Positions 13,782-26,627 of a stretch of DNA of 62,917 bases are shown here, piece by piece. The notes beneath the pieces were generated by a model that searched no databases, had not been told where the DNA came from, and saw nothing but the letters and a program-made list of their open reading frames with translations. This stretch comes from Trichinella spiralis (lineage: Eukaryota). The stretch is taken from contig NW_003526943.1 of NCBI RefSeq assembly GCF_000181795.1, positions 124,001 to 186,917 of the forward strand, read 5' to 3'. How positions within the stretch are numbered: position 1 is the first letter of the stretch; each line of letters starts with the position of its first letter. Made by a program: the position numbers and the translations under genes.

Positions 13782-16039
13782 AATGGCATTCTTGTGACAT
13801 GTACTGTGGATAAGATGCAAAAGTGGTAAGTTATATATAAAAATCAATTTGAACCACTGTTGAACTGGATAAAATTAAATCCGGATGGAAAATTCAACTT
13901 GAATTCTTTGTGCTTTTATATTACTATGCAGCAGGATGAAAATACCCAACTTGAAAGCAGTGATAGAATTGTGTGTGAAAGCGGCAACCAATAATCAATC
14001 GATTTGCACTTCCTGACATGCTTGAATCACAAACGTCGAATTAAAGCGATTTCAGCTGAAAGACAGTTGTAAATTCCATAAAACCCTAGTTTTAAAGAAC
14101 TCGTTTTATACATAGCTTGAAAACATTTCAAGCAAAGGTAGTTAGATGCGATTTCTTTTTTAAAATAGTTATCTTCCTTGAATCGACATCAGTGACTGAC
14201 ATTGATCTAGCACGACTGGGATAAATGCAGTCATCGTCAATATCTACGCAAAAACTCTGCTTGCCTTGAACGGTGACGTATAAAAGAATAAATTGGACTG
14301 CGGTCATTTATATTCTTCGCTTAAAGTTACTGCGTGTTATAGTTAAATGCAGGCTATAATGATGCTTTTCAACGAATCAGAATTTACGCCAAAGCAAAAT
14401 TGTTATTCGTAAGCGGCAGTTTTATTAGCAAGAAAGAAAGAAATATGGGAGGGAAACTGAAAGCAAGAGGAAAAGAAAGATGCGAAAGAAAAGAATAGCA
14501 GTGAAAAAATATCTCTTTATCGAGAGTCAGCAGTATCTAGTGTAATCAAGCTAACAAATCATCGATTATTCCATATATATATATATATGTATGTATAAAT
14601 AAGCTCAAAGCGCTGCCAGATTAACTTTCCGCTTAAAAAACCCTTAGGGAGAATTTCATTTATGAGCTTTCATCAAAGCTTTCCGTTCTTGCTATTAATT
14701 CTTTCTTTAGCCACGTGTGATCACCACATGAGCCTTCTGAAGATCTAAACAATTTGTTGCTAAGCTTTCTGCATTCAAATCATTTGCTATCATTTGTCGT
14801 CAAGAGCTTGCCTGCTTTTTGCGCTAGCTTAATTATGAATTGATATGAAAAATCTTTCTTCTATAAAAACTTCATTCTCTTTGGAATTCCATGGTGAAAT
14901 AAATACATTATTTTTTTATGAGAATGCTAATTTCAAATGCGCATAATTAGTTAGCTATAAATTAAATATAAGAAAAATTTTCATCTTCAAGTCTAAGAAC
15001 TATCTGAATGATTGACGAAGCAATTTGCGACGACCTTTGTCATGCTTTAAATTTACTCTTGGAATTTTTGTTTACATAAAACAAACAAACAGTTTCATAA
15101 TTACAAATTCATTAATTATAAATGACACAAAACTTTATGCACATTAAATCAATATTCTTAAATCATTTCTTTGATTTTTTTCAGTTTAGAATTCTTCACT
15201 TTGTATATTTTCTCAGTATTGAAACAACATATCAAGCAACAGGTGGTGAGATTAAATAATTGAATTTCTGTACTGCAGTTCTTCAATGGTTCTTTCACAA
15301 TTTTTCCTTGCATTAGCATCTAATTTTTTTTATTAAAATGATTGATGCAGTTTTAATACAATGATAGAAGTGATTTCATATATTTCAACTAAATCAATAG
15401 TCACTGATATGTTCAAAAAGTTAACTCTTTTTCATGTATCTAGTCTGGAATAGCTGCGTTCAGCATTTGCATTAAAAAAACTAGCTAGCTACTTTGCTAC
15501 ACTTTGCTGTTTTTTGAAATTTTATCGATAATTTGATTTTCATATCATTATACTGTCTGATCAAATATTAAAAATTTATGTGTGCTACATCTTAAGGGTA
15601 TTCTAGTTAATAAAATTATGCATTTCATTAGTATGCAAAAAAGAATTTTAATTAATTTTTTAGACAAAGAACTCCCCAGGGATTAATTAATGTGTTTAGC
15701 AGGGCGTCCAAACTACAGAGAAGTTGTTATAGTTTCATTTAACAGTTAATTAAAGTGAAAAAGTACACTAATAATTGATTGCACAATGAATTAATTTGAC
15801 CAAAGCTTACAGTAATTCAAACATTTTATTACATAAATCAGTTTTTTACAATAATAACAAAGTTAATACTGATGGTAAAGCAATAATAACTTTTATTATT
15901 TATATTCATCATATGTTCATGTTAGTAAACTGTGAAAAAGACTTCAAAAATATTTAAAGTTAATTAATCAATGTAAACTAAAAACAGTCCAACATAAATA
16001 TAAATATATAGTGTAAAACAATATGTAAAAGTAAAAAGA

Positions 16040-16045
16040 TTTATT
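16040..16045 (-). promoter_or_regulatory. Candidate polyadenylation signal (AATAAA) of the truncated teneurin
   Basis: TTTATT on the + strand about 90 nt downstream of the teneurin TAG. The AT-rich background makes a chance match possible. Confidence 0.4.
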
Positions 16046-16134
16046 TTATACAATTCAACAATGGTGCTTAATTTAAAAACCCGGATGTGTACGGCCAGTA
16101 ATACAATACTGCACACGTGAATGGTAAGCAAAGA

Positions 16135-19100
16135 CTACGTTACAAAGATAGAAGGACGCATATTAATAATTGAGCCAGATGGGGTTTTAAAAGATCTTAT
16201 TCTTCCGTTAGAGTCGTAATCGAAATGCCACTGTTGCCCTAAGTCATCAGACTTTCTTTTTATTAAACCCGTATCGCCGATATATTCATATCGTAATTCG
16301 TTTATTAGACGTGTTCCAGTAATCTTCTCAGTCCAACGATTGATCGGATTCAATTCAACTGTAATTTCAAACACTTCTGGTAATTCAATCAACATTTTGT
16401 TTGGCTTTTTACGACGAATAAAAATTCGCTGTCCATCAGATAGCGTAAAAGAAATCAACTTTCCATAGCTAGTATCAATGTGATATGAAAAATTGTATTT
16501 GAATAAATTCGTATTCATATCTTTTGTATAAATATGTTGACCAAATTGATTGAAACCATATATTTCATGACTGTCCGAAAAAGAAATCTGATAAATATCA
16601 TTAACCGGTCTGAGTTGAGATATGGCTGGTTGGATGGATCGGATTTTTAAATTGCCCTGATCAACTATGAAAAGAGTATCCGCTTCGCTGTATGCAACTG
16701 CAACCGGTCTGTGCAGTCTAGCTTGAGCAACAGGAACAACATCTTCTGAATTGCAGGGACAATTTTTTCGATTACAATGACATCTCATTTCACCGCCAAT
16801 CGTTTGATGCAGGCGGCCACGGGAATCGAACACTTGTACTCGATGTAATATCTTCTTATCCGTTTCAGAAACCGCTAACATACCTGATTGAGATACTGCC
16901 ACTGAAGTAACACCATGCAAAACAGATCGCCGTAAAGAATCACCTTTCTTAGAACTTAGACACTGTGCAGGAACACCTTGCATTAAACGTACAATTTTTT
17001 CATCAGTTTTGTACTCATATATAACATCTGAGTCAACGAAGATTAATCTGTCTTGCACATTGTCAAAAGTAATTTCCGTTGGCCATATTAAATGAAATTC
17101 ATCGCTGTCATACATTTCAGAACAATTTTCAGGAAAGTAATCTCTCAAATATAAATCTTCTTGCCGATCACTACCCAATATTGTTTTGATTAAACCATCA
17201 ACTGTAACCATACGAATTTTTCGATCGTCAGCTATATATAAATTTCCCTTTGAATCAAAAGTGATTCCTTTTGGAAAGGTGAGCTTAGCAATTTCAGCTG
17301 GTCCTCCATCTCCGCAACTTTCCCTTTCATCATCTGCAACACATGCTTCACCTGATCCAACAGCCACTACAAAATTATTTAAAGTGCTTTCTATGCGAGT
17401 CGTCACTGGCAAAACACGAATTATTTGTCGTCGAGATGGCAAAGAGATGTAAATATCTCCGGACCGAGGATGCACGGCAAGGTGATAAAGGTGAGCAATG
17501 TCAGAATGGCTAAATTGAAAACCAACTGTTAGCACTGTTAAATTCAATAATCAATACAAATAATATCATCATTGATATTATATAAATTAATATTTACAAT
17601 CTCTTTTCACTTTCACAATAAAGCAACAATATAATTATTAACCTTACTGTAAAATCTAACCACAACTAATTAAATTATTAAAATTTTACTTTCAAATCAA
17701 AAATACTGGTGCGGAAAAATTTGCTAAAATCTTTAAAATATTACCATGAGCTGTCAAATACATGGAACACAGAACGCTGCAGTTTGTCTACTATCATAAA
17801 TAAAATGATTTATAAATAAAATTAAATTTTCACAAAACGAACGTAAAAAATTTGACGCTTTATAAAATTGAAAGTGCAAATAAATAATTACCATGACATG
17901 CAAGTAAATTATAATTATCAGAACAAAACCTATTCCATATGAATAAGCAAATTAAAATGTCACTATACCCCAGTTCAAGTAAAGTTTGTACGGAGCCGTT
18001 TTCACTCCAACATCGGATGAGTGTGTGATCACCAATGAACAATGTGCCATCTTTGCCAACAGCTAGTGCCATTGGAAAATAAAAAGTTGATTCATTTGGA
18101 GGAACCTCGCAAAACGGACAATCCAAAGAACGCTTATCACCATTTCCAAGTACAGTGGTTAATACTGGATCTTCTTCTTTCAAATAAATAACAGATCCAT
18201 CTCCTTTTTCCAAAACTCCTAAACAATCGCAAAAATAATTGAAAAACACTATTATAATAAATCATATATATACCGTTAGAAATATCAAGGTAATGATGGA
18301 TGTTCAAATTCCAACCACCAATATCACTACTAGGAGTTCGAATTCCACTCAGTTTTACTCGTTCATTCCACCACACTGGTACATCACATTTCGAGTAAAC
18401 ATAACCTACTGAAACGCTGGCATATGTCAGGCCATATACTTTCTGCTTGTAGACATTTAAAGCATCCCATTGAAAAGTGTAAGTAAGATTTCGAGTTGGT
18501 GAAAGTGTTTCTTCCAGGTGAGTTCCCTCAACGTCAATCATCAATTTAACCAGACGTATATTATCAGGCAATATTGAAGGCAACAATTGCAGATATAACA
18601 ACGATTTGTAACCAGCCGCTGTTGAACTTAGATAGACAAGACGTACATCAGTAGAAGAAAGACGTACAGATTCTTCGACTGCACCAATGTCTGCAACAAT
18701 TCGATGTTCTATAGGCAATGCAGACCCTGGAATTCCGTGAGGATTTATTTTCCATGATGGAAGAATAAAAGGTTTCAGGTTATGACTTCGGTGTGCATTC
18801 ACGCATTCGTAAGACATAACCGTCTGATCATTTTCAGATGATAACTGAATGTTATCGTTCTAAAAAAACTGCTTTTAGCATGATAAGAATAAAGGAATCA
18901 AAAAAACTAACTTTGCTCAAAGTGATGTCACCGACATATGTTACAGTATTCCAATGAATCGAAAATGTCTTATAAGATGAGCCAAAAGGCAGACGAGTCA
19001 GTTGTAAAGTCACAGATCCACCTCCATTTACTAGTAAATCAAAGGAACCATCTTTGCGTGAAAGTGTAAAACCGTACAGCATGTTAGAAGTATCCGTAAT

Positions 19101-22100
19101 TCGAACACCAATTAATGGACTACCATACTGATTAACAACACGACCACGCATCACGGATACTCGACTGAAATTAAATAAATGTCATAAAAAATGGTAAAAT
19201 TAGAATTCAAAAAATTATACAAACCTTCTGTTGAACAAATTTGTGTCTGCATAGAGTTGCACTGAATTTTTCTCCGCAATGAAACGCACTTTTTGAAAAA
19301 ACGACGCATGTCTTGGAGAAGATTGCTTACTAGCCAAAATTGCTAATGGATTTGCAACAGTTTGACACATAGAATCATTTGAGCAACGGCTACTACTCAG
19401 ACAACATTCCAATTCTTCACAATCAGTAAGTCCATCTAACAATTAATTATTATTAAGATTTTAAAAATAACTGACATTTATTAAAAATACCGTTATCATT
19501 ATCTATGCCATCTGAGCAGTTCGTTTCTAAAGGGATTCGGCAATCTGGTCCATCAAAATCTGTCTCACAAATGCAACCCCATTTTCCAGATTTATCTCTC
19601 TGACAAATTCCATGATTACTGCAATTGCTTGGACAATTTTCTAAAAATGTGAAAATAAAAGTATTTAAAAAAACAAATTTAATATTTTCCTTACCAATCT
19701 GACAATTTTGACCAGTCCATCCGGTAAAACATGCGCAGGAGCCATTTTTGCAAATCCCATGCTCTTCGCAACCAGGAAGACATGCCAACTCATTGCAAAA
19801 CATTCCTGTCCAGCCAGGATCACATTGGCAAATCTGATTAATACATTTTCCATGTGCACCACAATCAGTCAAACAAAGTTCTATATTAATAATTAATAGT
19901 CATAAAAATAATTCTGTCCCAGGAAACAAGCATACCAACATCACATTTTGGACCAACCCATCCGTCATCGCACAAACATACAGCTGCAATGTCATCGTAC
20001 TGACCGTGCTCTGAACACTGACTATAGGAAGAGCACAAATTTAAAGATGTAGAAATTTCGCATGAACTGCCGGTCCATCCAGCTCTACAGTAACAAAGTC
20101 CTTTTACACAAACACCCTGACCATTACAGTCAGCACTAGGACAGTCGACTGAAAAATACTAACAGTGATTTAAAAAAAATGCTTGTTTCCCTTTTGCATG
20201 TACATACGTTCTTCACAAAATTCGCCTTTATAACCTGGATCGCAAATGCACTGACCATCGTTTCCACACTGGCCATGATTATTGCAATTGGGAATTTCAC
20301 ATATGCTGTATGGCACATCACACTCCACACCTTTCCATCCTTGATGACAATGACATCTCCCGCCAGAAAACAAACCATTTCCATTGCATATTGCAGGACA
20401 TATTGCTTAAAAAAATCAAAACAATCAATTATAACTTACTGTTAACAAACTTTATCAATTATCAGCTAATCAACTGAAATAGTAAACATGATTTATTTGT
20501 TAACAAAAAAACAATTCTTTTGCATATTTTTATTATTAAAAATTAATCATTATTATATTGTTTGCATTATTATATTGAAAAAATATTTTTTGCATACTTT
20601 TTTCACAAAATTCTCCGGCGTATCCATCAAAGCAAGCGCAAAGACCATCATTGCATATCCCTTTGTCAAAACAACCATATTTGCATTCTTGCTTGCTGCC
20701 AGCTAAAAGAAATTCTTGTTAAAATAAAAAATAATACGTATATAATAAAATTACTTACATGTAATAGATACTGAAAAATTTACAATGCGTATATCAGTGT
20801 CATCGTTGAAAAATGCTATAAACCACCGTCCGCTTGATAAAGAATGAGTAAAGCTAACACTTCGAAAATTCTAAATCGATCAAAAATTTATATATATAAT
20901 GAATTATAAAAATGTAACTATTTTTAAACGAGAACTTGCCTGATAAAAAAAAGGCTCATAAAAATTATGTGAGCGTTTTGTGGGTTTCAAGTGAAGCTTA
21001 GAACCCAACACAATCTGCAGCTTATCATATTCTGTAATTGAGGGCTGCAACGTCTGGCGCAAATAGACCGCTAACTTTGCACGTGGTTCTACTGTCAAAT
21101 TGAACTGCACATAAGAATCACGTTGAAGAATAAAACGGCCAGTAGTCATGACGCCAGGCGGTAAATCAGCCAGAATGATATCATTTAAAGAAAAACTTTC
21201 TGGAAATGGTCTCAATGCTACATGGCCGAAATTATTCGGTGAATAGGAATCCAATTCTGGGCTGACCGAATCGGCATTGGATACATAATGAACATTTTGA
21301 TAAATGTCCGTTGGTTCACGGGTAACCATTACTGGAAAATACAGTTCAACATTCAAAACATTATCTACATCTAGAAATGTATCCACCATCCTTACCCAGC
21401 AAATAACATATCACAGCCAGTGAAAAAATTAAAGCAGACGTTAACAAGTAGGTTAAAAATTTCCAACTGCAACAGTATTCACTGAGCTTTTGCTGCTTTC
21501 GCAATGACTTCATTCCTTGAAAGCAAACAGAACCGGCAGAACATGGTAATGTGGCGATGTTGGCAGTCTGGCACTGCTGTTGCGCCACAGGCAACAGTAA
21601 ATAACTATTTCTGAATAAAAAACACATTATATGACAATTTATAAATTTTTATAATAACAACTTTTGCTTTAAAAATGTTATTCAATAATTAATAAAAAGT
21701 TTTTCAACTAGTTTTCAAGCATACAGTTATTTATTATGATCTGCATTGATGCAAAATTATATTTTATTTTTAATCAGATTTTATTCGACCATAAAGCTTT
21801 TACTAAATAACAAAAAGAACCATACGGACAAATTTGGAAAATGAGCTTGATTAAAGTGTATACCAACAATAAATCAACACTAATACACTACTGTCGTTCA
21901 ATTAGTTAGTCTGCATTAATAAATGCTGCTATACAGTCAACTGAATTAACTGCGGTCAATGAACAGAATAAAGGTAATTAGCTGTTTGTTTCGCATGCGA
22001 AACATTTTCCAAACCGAAATAAATTATTTAAAAAGCAACCCCGTATGCTTTTTGCAGCATTTGGCAAAAGAAAAGTAAGCTACAGAAAACTACTAAACAT

Positions 22101-25100
22101 GTTATTTTATTGATAAATATTATTCTTTTCAGTTAAAAAAACTTTTCTATCTGTAGAGTAGTCGAAAGTCGTGAGAAAATTTGGCACTGATGAATAAATC
22201 CCAAATCTTAGGCACTCATGTCAAGGAGACTGGACACCTCTGACCTCCTAAGCGTTTCAAAGCCAATATTTTTATAGAATAACTAATACAATACAACAAA
22301 TGAAATTTCAATCACACGTCGGCCAGTCTAATATACAGGGTCACAACATTTCCGGCACCATTTTCATAATTTGCAGAACCGGACACAAGCGTGCAAAATT
22401 AAATAACTTACTTATGCATAATTGGACAAGTAAAAGAAATGTAATATACGTATAATTTGCACGCCGATAATTAAACTTCCGGAAGAAAACAAAGTCTGCT
22501 TACTTACAGTGAAGTAAAATCTTGTTGGCATTAATAAATTTTGTTTTACAAAATAATAATATTTGCACCATAATTGATTTCATGAAAACAAAAAGAAAAA
22601 CAGTTATTATTTATTAAACATTGCACATTATTGAGAATAAAAATGAATAATACTTAAATACATTTATTATAATTAAAAAATTTTGCATATTCTATAAAAA
22701 AAGTACCCCTGACATTAAGATATGTATATTTGAAAAAATATTAACTTTTATCAGAAAAGTATATTCAAAGTATAATTTACAAAATAAATGAAAAAAAGAA
22801 AATTATTAATCAATAAATAAATATATATATATATATACAGTGTTGAAAGCAAAAATCCAAAAGAAAACTTACTTGAGTTGTTCAAGTTCTGATCTTCTCG
22901 AAGGTGATACGGGGCTTGTGGTTGTGGATTCGCCTGCAATGTAGAAATACATCGACTCATAAGGGGATTCTTGCATTTGAACGTTTGAAGAAAATGACGA
23001 GAAATTTATCCAACGAACAACAACACCAACACAACCGAATTGAGCAAAGGCTAAAAGCCGTCGTTTTGGGCTATGAGAAGCGGTTAGCTTTCACAAAATT
23101 CCACCTGCGGACTTGTATAGCAGCTAATCCAAATGAAAGAGATGCGTAAGCTGGCGGAAAAGAAATGTTCGCATCGATCTTAAAAATAAAAAGCCCAACA
23201 CAGGTCGCTGTCTTTTCACAGGATAAGCATTTTCTGCATCAATAAGCAGACAATCTCTGGCGACAGACTGAGGTCGATGGACACGGTTCTTCTACGAGTC
23301 AAGCGTGAAATGAGCCTGGGCAACGAACAACAGACTGACCCAGCTGCTGACCTTATGCAGGATTGTGGCCAGTCGGCCCGAACGATAATCAGAGCAAAGG
23401 AATTGTGCAAACACCGCTTTTTACTAAAGAACATGGCAGATGCGACTCGGCAAAGTCCCTCCCTTCATCGCGGTTGGCTTAATCTTCTCGTCCACTGCTT
23501 TCAAAGCTTCCCTCTTTCCTGTTAAATTGTACGCAAGCTACTCGACAAGATTAACCGAAACAAAAGAATTATTATGAAAACTGAAAGATAAATGATAAAA
23601 AAATAACAATAAACTTGAGATAAATTTACATTGCCATTTTCTCAATCTTTTCACTATAAAATTATCAAAATACACTCATTATTATCATTTTTATTTTTGC
23701 AAATATTTTTCAACTTGAACTTTCAAGATGTTTGCACGAAAGATATGATAAAACTACTATCTGCATTTAACAAGCATCAATTGCCAATGTGAGAGAAGCA
23801 TAGCAAATAATTGGCAAGGTTAACAACGTGTAGACAGGAAAATTCACAAGGACACGCATATTATGCTCAACATAAGTGGCCATTCACATTCACACCTCAG
23901 CTTGGCTAAGCTATTCAATTGAAAAAGCAATCCTATTCACACCAACCAAAATTGCACTTTTTGACATAACATACCAATTCTTTTCTTTAAAATATCAGAA
24001 TAAATGTTTTTATTGCTTGCTCTATGAACATCAAATCAATTGGGCAAAACAAAGAATCTAGCTTTCCCGAGGACATGCATGCCTATTTTAAAGTTATCAT
24101 ACTAACGAGAAAAGCATCCATATACAATGTACAACTGGTTTTGTGGTGTTGTCGTTCGATTATCGTTGCAAAAAAGTACATATATATATAACGCTATAAT
24201 ACTTACTTGTACCAGTGAATATATTTGATGAATCGTTGTGCTCTAAAGCAGCAGGCTCATTTTGATGTAAAGAAAATCCATTTTCGCAATTACGGTGCAC
24301 AACGGCAAATCTAGGCGATCGAACACTACCTTCAGTTTTCCCATCATTTTTCACTCGTACAGCAAAATAAGTCGGAGTTGAATTGGGCTTATTTCTTCCA
24401 ATTGACACTGTACCTATAATTATAGCTGTTGCAGTACAAAAAATTTTAAAAATTTAACAGTAAAACTGTTCAACTAAATACGCTTCCATTGTTCATCAAC
24501 CAGTAGTCAAGGATTTTGATAAACTTTGAAATATTTTTTTTATTTCATGCAATTTTCATATTTTATTGTAATTTTTATTAAATAAAAAAAACATCGCTTA
24601 TTAATGTTTTAATAATTTAACTGAAAAAGTGTATGCTTAGCTATTTAAGAAATTTGAACGAGCTGAAAAAGAAAAGAAACATCAAAATAAATGGCAATAT
24701 TTTAAATTTTAGTAAAATATGTTAATAACAAAATCTGAAATGAAAATAAATAATGAAAGAATACAAAAATGAAATCAGAAATCCAATAATTTATTACTAG
24801 ACACAGAATTTGAAGTACTTCCAGTCTCTTGCAAAGAACGTGCTTCTTCATAAGAATCATCAGGCAAAGGTGGTAAAGGACGCTGTGGTGGCAGGGGGTA
24901 TGCAGTGACGTTATGGGGCACGCTTGGAGGGGGAGGAATTTGAAGAATATCTAAACAAATAAATAAATATAAACATAAGAACATTTTTCATTAAGTTTGA
25001 AATAAAAAAATATCATTAAATGACTTTAGTGTTTAATGTAATTAAATTTCAGCAGAAGCTATGTCGATAAATCTGAATTTTAAAAATGCGATAGAAAAAT

Positions 25101-26627
25101 TATCTGAAACTTCGCTGTTTGCTAAACACTGCCAACTTTCTGCTTTAAACAGTAAAAAAACAATACACAACTTTTATTAAATGGAAAAAAATGCTCTTAA
25201 AATCTTTAAAAATTCAACAATATAATTATAAGTTTGACATGGTTCATTTACATTATTGGAAACACTTCCGAAATATCTTTGAAAAGGATTTTCAAAAAAA
25301 AAAAATCATGCATCTGTTCGACAAATATGCTTTTATCAATAAAAGCAAAATGTTTTTAAAACTTGACAGTTAATTTATATCAATCATCAAACATAACACA
25401 CATTAGAACTGCAACATTTATCACAATGTACTTTAAAATAATTCTTTATAAGTTGAAAATAGCTTTAAATTTAGCATTCATATGAAAAACTGATTTTCTG
25501 AATAATTCTATTTTGTGCTATTAATATTATTAATCATAATAAACTGTGACAGCAATATGAAAATAATCGCAAAATATTTAGCTATTCAATAATAATTTAG
25601 AATTATCGTGTTTATAAAATCAAAAAATAAAAATTATTACAGTTAACCAAATTAAAAATGATACAAATTATTAACTATATCAAAATATTATTTTGTAAAT
25701 GAATATATAATTGCTTAGCAATAACAGTTAACCATATTTTTTATGTGTGCCATAAATATATAAAAAATCAAAAAAATTTCACTTATTATTAACCTTAAAG
25801 TTATTTAATTTTAAAGTACATTTACATTAAAAGCAAAATTGAACAAAAATTTCTGCTCAATTCATTTTTAAGCAAAAACAAAGCTCTCAGGCAGTATTCG
25901 CCAGCAGTTGTAACTACTCTAAAGAGCTGATCATCACTAATAATAGTTCATGAAATTGCAACGTAACTTGAAATTATTATGAAAATTTCTTCTTCTAAAA
26001 CAAATCATAAAACATTTTTCAGTTTTCATCAACACAATAATAACACTGATTGGCATCAAATTAAAGGTATAAAATTTTATTATTGCATAATTTTCAAGTG
26101 ATTTTTTTCTAAACATTTGACGTTCGTAATGGAGTAATTAATTAATTAGTATAAATTCGGTAAAAGAATTGTGTTAATTAATAAATAAATAAAAGAATAA
26201 GACAAAATCAAAAATGAATCAATTAATAAAAGGAATATTATTAATTAAAAATAGAAGTTAAAATGAATTTAAAAAAAAACAGAAAAAAACAGTCGTACCT
26301 TGTGGTGAAAATAATTTTCTCGAATGCATGTCGAGGAGTCGAATTTGAGCTTGTTTCAGTTTTGCCTGCTCTTGTGAAAAACTGTTGGTGAAGTGATTTT
26401 TGAAATTTCCACCATAATAGGAGGAATTTCGACGTGGCTGCCGTTTGCTTTTCGAATATTCACGCAAAGTTAGCTTGACATTTTCCTTCTGACCAGCTTT
26501 TCTGATAAAGTGGTCCAACTGAGGCCTCTTTTCAATTTCTCCTTCTTCTTCTTCTTCTTCTTCAGAGCCACTTAAATACTGACACAGACGATTGATGTTC
26601 TGGTCCAAATCTGATTCATCGCCGTAA
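16135..26627 (-). CDS. ten-1: Teneurin (type II membrane protein), apparently C-terminally truncated; 5' end unresolved
   Basis: Phase-consistent exons: intracellular exons near 26627-26299, 24950-24798 (PPPPSVP..PLPPQRPLPPLP), 24413-24207 and 22933-22873; a TM exon near 21610-21395; a C2-like region (..SSGRWFIAFFNDD); 8 EGF repeats with EGF2 and EGF5 having 5 Cys, the teneurin hallmark; a CSDGIDND|DGLTDC..CC domain; MRGRVVNQYGSPLIGVRI..DGSFDLLVNGGGSVTLQ; YTFQWDALNVYKQKVYG..IGGWNLNIHH; six NHL blades; and the first YD repeats, ending at TAG 16135-16137. Confidence 0.95.

Noticed and set aside
13800..13850. Small TM ORF as a spliced 3' exon of teneurin
   Set aside because: The visible acceptor (CCACAG|T, phase 2) does not match the phase-0 candidate donor before the teneurin stop.
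15964..16134. The frame stays open for about 56 codons after the teneurin TAG (SLLTIHVCSIVLLAV..), suggesting read-through or a simple nonsense mutation
   Set aside because: The peptide is hydrophobic AT-rich text without YD motifs and ends quickly, so it cannot restore the missing shell.
17186..17452. Antisense and alternate-frame ORFs overlapping teneurin, anillin, the galaxin-like gene and the BEN gene
   Set aside because: Shadow ORFs of real coding exons.
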